Positions 58,177 through 64,000 of a stretch of 64,000 bases of DNA are shown here, in pieces. The DNA comes from an uncultured Candidatus Saccharibacteria bacterium (lineage in GTDB: Bacteria > Patescibacteriota > Minisyncoccia > UBA6257 > Colwellbacteraceae): assembly GCA_964559765.1 (NCBI GenBank), contig CAZLHU010000001.1:148164-212163 (forward strand), read 5' to 3'. Under the pieces are notes generated by a model. The model did no database searches. It worked only from the letters and a program-made list of their open reading frames with translations, and had not been told where the DNA came from. Every line of letters starts with the position of its first letter. Position 1 is the stretch's first letter. Made by a program: the position numbers and the translations under genes.

Positions 58177-59058
58177 ATGCGCAAACAAATCTTCCAAACG
58201 ATATACGACGTGCTCAAAGCCGACAATAAAGCGGTTCTGCTCTTTGGAGACGTGGGGACTTATGGTTTTCGCAACTCTCAGGCGGAATTTCCCGATCGCG
58301 TATACGATGTCGGGATAATGGAGCAGTCCATGGTTAGCGCGTCTGCTGGTCTGGCAATGCAGGGTTTTACCCCCATAGTGCATACCATAGCTACGTTCCT
58401 AGTAGAAAGATCCCTTGAGCAAATTAAAGACGACTTCGGTTATCAGCGTTTGGGTGGCAATTTTGTAAGCACTGGCGCCTCATATGACATGGCGTCGTGG
58501 GGAGCTACGCACCAATGTCCCGGCGATGTGGGTATATTGAAGAACGTTCCAAGCATAGAAATCGTGGTCCCGGGAAGCGCCGCCGAATTCGACAGTTTAT
58601 TCAAGCAGTCATACAATGACGGCCGCCCGACCTATTTCCGTTTAAGCGGTAAAAGCAACGCCGACAACCAAGAGGTGGCATTTGGCAAAGCGTCTGTTAT
58701 AAAGACCGGAAAACGGGCTACGGTAATCGCAGTGGGCCCAATGCTCGAGAGGGTACGGCAAGCGTGCGGGGAGCTTGATGTCACGATTTTGTATTACACA
58801 ACCTTGGAGCCGTTCGACCACAAAGCTTTGAGAGATAACATCCAAGGGGGTAAGATAATAATCTGCGAACCCTACTACAGCGGCGCTATCGCGGTTGATG
58901 TTTCGATTGCCACCGCTTCGCATCCCGTAGAAGTGACGTATATCGGAGTCCCGCGCGAATTTCCCCATCACTACGGCACCATGGATGACTTGGACGCATT
59001 CTTCCACCTGACAGCCGAAGATATCGAGGCCAAGATAAAGAAAGTTTTAGCTAAATGA
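58177..59058 (+). CDS. Transketolase, C-terminal (pyrimidine-binding) subunit
   Basis: 'GIMEQSMVSASAGLAMQGFTP'; start/stop coupling with the N-terminal subunit. Confidence 0.9.
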   Translation: MRKQIFQTIYDVLKADNKAVLLFGDVGTYGFRNSQAEFPDRVYDVGIMEQSMVSASAGLAMQGFTPIVHTIATFLVERSLEQIKDDFGYQRLGGNFVSTGASYDMASWGATHQCPGDVGILKNVPSIEIVVPGSAAEFDSLFKQSYNDGRPTYFRLSGKSNADNQEVAFGKASVIKTGKRATVIAVGPMLERVRQACGELDVTILYYTTLEPFDHKALRDNIQGGKIIICEPYYSGAIAVDVSIATASHPVEVTYIGVPREFPHHYGTMDDLDAFFHLTAEDIEAKIKKVLAK

Positions 59059-59828
59059 AAAGGATATTGATAATTGGAGAAAGTTGTTTGGATGTCTTTG
59101 TATACTGCGACGCATTGAGATTGGCGCCGGACTTACCTATACCGGTCCTGCAGGTTCTGAAGAGGACGCATAATCCTGGCATGGCTAAGAACGTGGAGCG
59201 CAACGTAAAAGCCCTATATAAGGCATGCGATCTCATAACTAATAAGAACTGGAAGGGCACGACCAAGACGCGCTACATGCACGATAAGACCAACCATGCT
59301 TTTTTGCGGGTAGACGTTAACCAGCCCATGCAGCGCATCGATGTCCGGAAGCTGCCCCTAAAGAAGTATGACCTTATTGCCATCTCCGATTACGACAAAG
59401 GATTCCTGGATAGGGATGATATGCGGTACATATGCGAACATCACCCCAACGTCTTTATTGACACCAAAAAGCCCGTCGGCAGTTTTCTTGACCGATGCGC
59501 TTATATCAAAATAAACGAGAAAGAATACGGTAGGTCCCTTCCTGTTTCGAAGAGCCTTAAACGGAAGATTATTATCACTAAGGGTGATCAAGGGGCTGAG
59601 TTCAAGGGCAAGCATTATCCTACAGAGAAGATCGAGGTTAAAGATTCCTCCGGCGCAGGCGACAGTTTCTTCGCGGCGCTTATTGTACGTTATATAAAGA
59701 CAGGAAACATTGAGGATGCCATCAAATTTGCGAATATGTGTGCGACGCAGGCTGTTAAGCATAGGGGGGTCTCCGTCATTAAGGAGCCGAAGGTAAAACC
59801 AAATGAAGACCGAAATAGAAAGCACTAG
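59055..59828 (+). CDS. PfkB-family sugar kinase, RfaE/HldE domain-I-like (heptose-7-phosphate kinase-like)
   Basis: 'ILIIGESCLDVFVYCD...LPIPVLQV...NPGMAKNV' matches the HldE kinase N-terminus; C-terminal 'DSSGAGDSF'. Confidence 0.7.
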   Translation: MKRILIIGESCLDVFVYCDALRLAPDLPIPVLQVLKRTHNPGMAKNVERNVKALYKACDLITNKNWKGTTKTRYMHDKTNHAFLRVDVNQPMQRIDVRKLPLKKYDLIAISDYDKGFLDRDDMRYICEHHPNVFIDTKKPVGSFLDRCAYIKINEKEYGRSLPVSKSLKRKIIITKGDQGAEFKGKHYPTEKIEVKDSSGAGDSFFAALIVRYIKTGNIEDAIKFANMCATQAVKHRGVSVIKEPKVKPNEDRNRKH

Positions 59829-60759
59829 AGAAGCTCTATTAAGAAGTCTGGATGGCAATTATAAAAAGGCAGAAACATTCAGAAAGGCGGACGGCGTTAA
59901 TGATTTCTTAAAACCCGGGCTGAAGAGTAGGTTGTTGAAAGTGCTTTTATTCCCAGGGGCCTTCGTTCCTTTTTCTATTTTCTACGCTTGGATGCATCTG
60001 GAGCTGTTTCTTCACATTAATGTCCGGTGCAAGATGTTGGATTCAAGGGAGATCTCTTACCTGAAGAAGGAGCAGCTGCGCTTTTGCTATTTTAAATGCA
60101 TACCTGGCACAACGGAGTATAAACTCACAAAATATCTGATCAAGAACCTAAATAAGGAAGATGTTTTCTACGACATAGGCGCCAATTTTGGGTTCTATAC
60201 TTATCTGGCCTTAGAATTTTGCAAAGAAGTCCACAGTTTTGACCCTCAACTCAAAACCTTCAGTTTAACAGAGAACTTAAACGGAGATCCTAGGGCGTTT
60301 CTTAACGACATAGCCCTCTCAGACAATAACGGCCGGGCCGTCCTATATCTTGCTGGGGAAGAGAGCACTCTTTCGAAGGAAGTCGAGGCCTCTTTGGGTA
60401 ATAAGGAAGTCGGCGCGGTCGAGGTTGAGACATTAACCCTGAAAAAATACCTAGAGAATCACGTACCCCCCACCTTTATTAAGCTGGACGCCGAAGGAGC
60501 AGAGAGGGAGATAATTCTCGGGGGATCGGAATTTATCAAAAAGAATTTACCGACGATTGCGATGGAGGTCTGGAGCGGACAGGCTGGGCATATCTCGAAA
60601 AAGGCAGCCGATCTGCTGATTGAATTTGGGTACGAGCCATTTTATATAAACCTCTTAGGTGAGATCGAGAGGGTCGACGGAGACCTATCTGAAAGAGCCG
60701 CAGAAGATGGATTAGATGGCGACAATTTTATTTTCAAGAGGCGAAAATCTAATTTATAG
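59803..60759 (+). CDS. FkbM-family methyltransferase, paralog 1
   Basis: 'DVFYDIGANFGFYTYLA'. Confidence 0.75.
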   Translation: MKTEIESTREALLRSLDGNYKKAETFRKADGVNDFLKPGLKSRLLKVLLFPGAFVPFSIFYAWMHLELFLHINVRCKMLDSREISYLKKEQLRFCYFKCIPGTTEYKLTKYLIKNLNKEDVFYDIGANFGFYTYLALEFCKEVHSFDPQLKTFSLTENLNGDPRAFLNDIALSDNNGRAVLYLAGEESTLSKEVEASLGNKEVGAVEVETLTLKKYLENHVPPTFIKLDAEGAEREIILGGSEFIKKNLPTIAMEVWSGQAGHISKKAADLLIEFGYEPFYINLLGEIERVDGDLSERAAEDGLDGDNFIFKRRKSNL

Positions 60760-60836
60760 CCATCAATATTGCGTTTTGCCAATATCTTCTCGTCACTATA
60801 GAATGTAATAATACAAACACAAATAGATAAGAACAA

Positions 60837-61805
60837 ATGGAACAAACAGTGGTAGAAAACGGTGTCGTAAGATTTTTTGAAGACAAGAAGGAATTGATCG
60901 CCAGGACCTATAGTTGGTGGCCGCCGTTGCGTTGGCGTGTGTATTACTTCCGCGCGATGATGAGGAGGGCTTTCACTTTCGGTGAGTTTTGCCAATTGAT
61001 GGTGTTAACGTCGCGCTTCGAAGCCAAGAGAAAACTTACCAATCGATTCTATAAGTTCTTCGACGAAGAGATAAGGAGGGAAAGTTCCGCATTCTATCCC
61101 GATGGGAAGGCCAATATCTATGGGCATAAATTCCGCACAGCGGGCGACATCCCAGACTTCATAGATCTTATCGACCAGGTTATGATCCATGACCAATATC
61201 ACGCCAAGGATTTCGTAAAAGAAGATTCAGTCATCATTGATGCCGGTGCGAATATAGGAGCGTTCTCTGTCTTTGCCGCCCAAATGGCGACGAAGGGCCG
61301 TATCTATTCCTTTGAGCCGGCGAGAAAGACCATGGAGATTTTAAGGGAAAATACGGCTAGTTATCCTCAGATTACCTGCGTCCCCATGGGACTGGGTGAG
61401 GTGCCTGCCGAAAAGAATATCTTGGTGGATGAGGGGCGGTTGGGGGATAGTGTGATTGAAGATAGCCCCTTCCTAAATACAGAACAAAATATCGTTGTCG
61501 GCATGAAAGATACCGGGATACCCGAAAAGATAAAAATTACGACACTAGACGCCTTCGTAAAGGAGAATAACATCCCTAAAGTCGATGTCATAAAAATCGA
61601 TACGGAAGGATATGAGGCGAATATATTAAAGGGAGCCAGGGAAACGATCAAAAGGTGGAAGCCGATAATCGCTATGTCGGCTTATCACAACGTTAATGAT
61701 AAAAAAGACCTTCCTGAGCTAGTTAAATCGATCAGCCCGGATTATGTCTGTGAATTGCACAAAGAGAGAGAAGAGGACTTTGTCTGTCGTCCGAAAGGCA
61801 GATAG
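60837..61805 (+). CDS. FkbM-family methyltransferase, paralog 2
   Basis: 'VIIDAGANIGAFSVFAA...IYSFEP'. Confidence 0.75.
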   Translation: MEQTVVENGVVRFFEDKKELIARTYSWWPPLRWRVYYFRAMMRRAFTFGEFCQLMVLTSRFEAKRKLTNRFYKFFDEEIRRESSAFYPDGKANIYGHKFRTAGDIPDFIDLIDQVMIHDQYHAKDFVKEDSVIIDAGANIGAFSVFAAQMATKGRIYSFEPARKTMEILRENTASYPQITCVPMGLGEVPAEKNILVDEGRLGDSVIEDSPFLNTEQNIVVGMKDTGIPEKIKITTLDAFVKENNIPKVDVIKIDTEGYEANILKGARETIKRWKPIIAMSAYHNVNDKKDLPELVKSISPDYVCELHKEREEDFVCRPKGR

Positions 61806-61831
61806 AAACAACCATCTGTTGCCCCATTGCT

Positions 61832-63067
61832 ATGCGTGCCAATAATCAGGAATCGTCTTTGTCGTCTTTCTTGAAATACGCCAGGAATATCGCTTTTATT
61901 TCCTTAATCTCAGTTATAGACCTCCCCTTCCTTATCAAGAAGGGGGTTAGCAAAGGAGATAAGACGCTCTTGATTATAAAAACCGACGGTATCGGCGATT
62001 ACGTCCTCTTCAGGAACTTTTTAGGGGCCGTACGTACCTCTGATAGATTCAAGGATTTTAAAATAACCCTATTGGGAGACGATAAGTTTAAGGATATGGC
62101 CGAATATTTTGACGGTGATTATGTTGATGAATTCGTCTGGTTCGACAGGAGTAGATTTTGCAATAAGCTCGCCTATCATTATAAAAACCTAATTAATTTC
62201 AGAAGGAAAAGGGTTTCTGTCGTCTTACAGGCGAATATGTCCAGGAACTTTATGACGGACCGTATCGCAAAGTTTATTAATGCGGGGGAGAAAATCGCAC
62301 ATGTTGGAGAGCCGTGTTACGACACCAGGAGGGTTTTCAGGAAACACTCTAACCGCTGGTACACTAATCTTGTAGCGACCACCGAAGGTGCATTCGAATT
62401 CAATAGAAATAAAGAGTTTTTCGAGAAGATACTAGGCAGAACAATCCCCATATCCAGACCCTCCTTTGATGACGCTAGGTTGAGGCAGATAGGCTTCGAC
62501 TTTAAGAAATACGCCATAGACGGTGACTTTATAGTGGTCACCCCTGGTTCGGGAGAGCTTTGGAAAAACTGGTCTCCTGATAATTTTTCAGAAGTTTGCA
62601 GCTTCATACTCTCTATGCATAAGGGTATGAAGGTGGCTATATGCGGCTCTACCGGAGACTCTGAGGCCGCAGGGCGCATATCTTTAAAACTCCCCGCAGG
62701 ATCGACGACCGACCTGTGCGGGAAAACATCAGTATGCGAACTTGCTGCGATCCTTAGCCGCGCAAAGCTGCTTGTAAGCTGCGATACGGGAGCAGTCCAC
62801 CTCGCTGCCGCTCTAGGCACTCCTACGGTTTGTGTGTCCAGTATCGGCGACCGTCATTTCGGAAGATTTATCCCATATCCCAAGGAGGTATTCGACAGAC
62901 AGATATGCATTTTCCATCCGATCATAGAGTCTATAGTATCTAACTTACCCCAAGATAATAAGCTGTTTTATACCGGACCAATACTCAACGTTAATGAAAT
63001 TTCATGGAAGACGGTTGTCGAGCGAATAGAAAAATTCCAAAAGGCCAATTATCACAGCTACGCCTAG
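61832..63067 (+). CDS. Family 9 glycosyltransferase (heptosyltransferase-like), paralog 2
   Basis: 'LLIIKTDGIGDYV' and 'SCDTGAVHLAAALGTPTVCV'. Confidence 0.7.
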   Translation: MRANNQESSLSSFLKYARNIAFISLISVIDLPFLIKKGVSKGDKTLLIIKTDGIGDYVLFRNFLGAVRTSDRFKDFKITLLGDDKFKDMAEYFDGDYVDEFVWFDRSRFCNKLAYHYKNLINFRRKRVSVVLQANMSRNFMTDRIAKFINAGEKIAHVGEPCYDTRRVFRKHSNRWYTNLVATTEGAFEFNRNKEFFEKILGRTIPISRPSFDDARLRQIGFDFKKYAIDGDFIVVTPGSGELWKNWSPDNFSEVCSFILSMHKGMKVAICGSTGDSEAAGRISLKLPAGSTTDLCGKTSVCELAAILSRAKLLVSCDTGAVHLAAALGTPTVCVSSIGDRHFGRFIPYPKEVFDRQICIFHPIIESIVSNLPQDNKLFYTGPILNVNEISWKTVVERIEKFQKANYHSYA

Positions 63068-63279
63068 GGTAAGTAATTCTTTTTGGATACGCGAAGTGAT
63101 AAGATACGAACGCAATGGCAGACGGGAGCAATACTCGGGAAACAAACAAAGCAGCGTCTCAGTTGCTTTATCTCCTTAGTGTCAGAGAAAAAAAGAGTCG
63201 TTTCTATCTATGGAACAAATATATCGGACCAGGCCGTAAAAATCTTTTTAAAAGGATCGTTTTCTTAAGGGAGAAGTAT

Positions 63280-64000
63280 TTGTGGTATGTCTTCCATAAA
63301 ATAACGAAGTATCGTTTTTTCAAGACCAAATCCAAAACGTTCTGGGGCAAGGATATAGCCATAACCAAAGACAGTAGCCTGCGTTACGGTTTTATTTTCG
63401 ATCCGACAGAGTTCAGGCTGACTAGATTTTTGATCAAACATTTGAAAGAAGACGATGTTTTCTATGACATTGGTGCAAATATAGGCTTCTATTCTATGTT
63501 GGCGGGAGAACTGTTGCTAAGGGAGATACACTGTTTTGAGCCTATGCCCGATGTCTTTAAAATGCTGACCTCAAATTTGGGAGGGTTGAAGAATGTTTAT
63601 AAAAATGAGATTGCCTTATCCGACCGAGAAGATAACATGACTTTATTTGAGATCGGCGATAAGGCTGGTTTCGGCACCACCGTGAACGCGGTCGCAGATA
63701 CCTATCGGAACGAGGCTATAAGTGAAATACGCATCAAATCCACAACCCTTCGGACGTATCTTCGCGATCATCGAAAACCGACCGTTATAAAACTTGATGT
63801 GGAGGGCGCAGAAAGCAAGGTGATAGACGGCGGCGCGGAGTTTTTAAGGGACAATTCTCCGCTCATAGTTATGGAGGCGTGGGGTGGAGAGAAGGGTAAG
63901 CTGTTTTCTAGCAAGGCCATAGAAAAACTGTATGGATTGGGCTATGAGTCCTTTATTATAAACTATGAAGGAGAGATTGAAAGCGCCCAATATATAGACA
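63280..64000 (+). CDS. FkbM-family methyltransferase, paralog 3; 3' end lies beyond the window; probable TTG start after an AGGGAG RBS
   Basis: Manual translation gives '...DVFYDIGANIGFYSMLAGE...', closely related to paralog 1. Confidence 0.55.
   Translation, partial: MWYVFHKITKYRFFKTKSKTFWGKDIAITKDSSLRYGFIFDPTEFRLTRFLIKHLKEDDVFYDIGANIGFYSMLAGELLLREIHCFEPMPDVFKMLTSNLGGLKNVYKNEIALSDREDNMTLFEIGDKAGFGTTVNAVADTYRNEAISEIRIKSTTLRTYLRDHRKPTVIKLDVEGAESKVIDGGAEFLRDNSPLIVMEAWGGEKGKLFSSKAIEKLYGLGYESFIINYEGEIESAQYID

Overview
This 64-kb window is a chromosomal segment that uses the standard genetic code: TAA, TAG and TGA all terminate well-conserved genes such as dnaA, dnaN, ruvB and pnp. It is densely coding, with AT-rich spacers and clear hairpin terminators. 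No rRNA or CRISPR array is present.

The window contains the canonical replication-origin neighbourhood, jag-yidC-rnpA-rpmH on the minus strand diverging from dnaA-dnaN on the plus strand. rpmH is absent from the ORF track and was found by hand-translating the minus strand.

A large housekeeping set follows:
- Cell wall: PBP1A.
- Recombination, replication and repair: ruvC, ruvB, gyrA, xerC/D-like recombinase, tsaE, a standalone 5'-3' exonuclease and a HolA-like protein.
- Proteolysis: ftsH, clpP.
- Ribosome and RNA: rpsA, rpsT, rpsO, pnp, nusA, tyrS, two rRNA methyltransferases.
- Other: YebC, H+-pyrophosphatase, an orphan histidine kinase.

Four tRNAs are present: Val-UAC, an unusual Ile2-like tRNA with a UAU anticodon, Leu-UAG and Trp-CCA.

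The accessory content, taken along the window, is:
1. At the 5' edge, the C-terminal part of a VirB4/TrbE-like ATPase followed by a membrane protein and a VirB2/TrbC-like two-helix pilin-like gene.
2. Three more paralogs of that pilin-like family in tandem at 26.4-27.6 kb.
3. A 650-bp repeat-dense AT-rich non-coding island upstream of a standalone ATP-cone protein.
4. A 146-bp element bounded by 20-bp inverted repeats between pilB and ruvB.
5. Two LAGLIDADG-family genes, one with an in-frame TAA. Each lies directly 5' of, co-oriented with, and overlapping a tRNA gene.
6. A tandem triplet of secreted or anchored glycine-rich proteins with tail-fibre-like GGTGATT repeats, a Gly_rich-type domain and a conserved Cys-containing C-terminal module.
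7. A VKOR plus DsbA pair.
8. A roughly 13-kb glycan locus: rmlD-rmlA-rmlB with no recognisable rmlC, one GT2, two GT9 heptosyltransferase-like genes, an SDR, a zinc alcohol dehydrogenase, a split transketolase, an RfaE/HldE-like heptose kinase and three FkbM methyltransferases.

Many proteins are short or standalone domains: a short YebC, a standalone 5'-3' exonuclease, a split transketolase and an orphan PilB. Together with the VirB-like genes this fits a reduced-genome, possibly episymbiotic bacterium of the Patescibacteria/CPR type. That lineage call is inference from architecture only.
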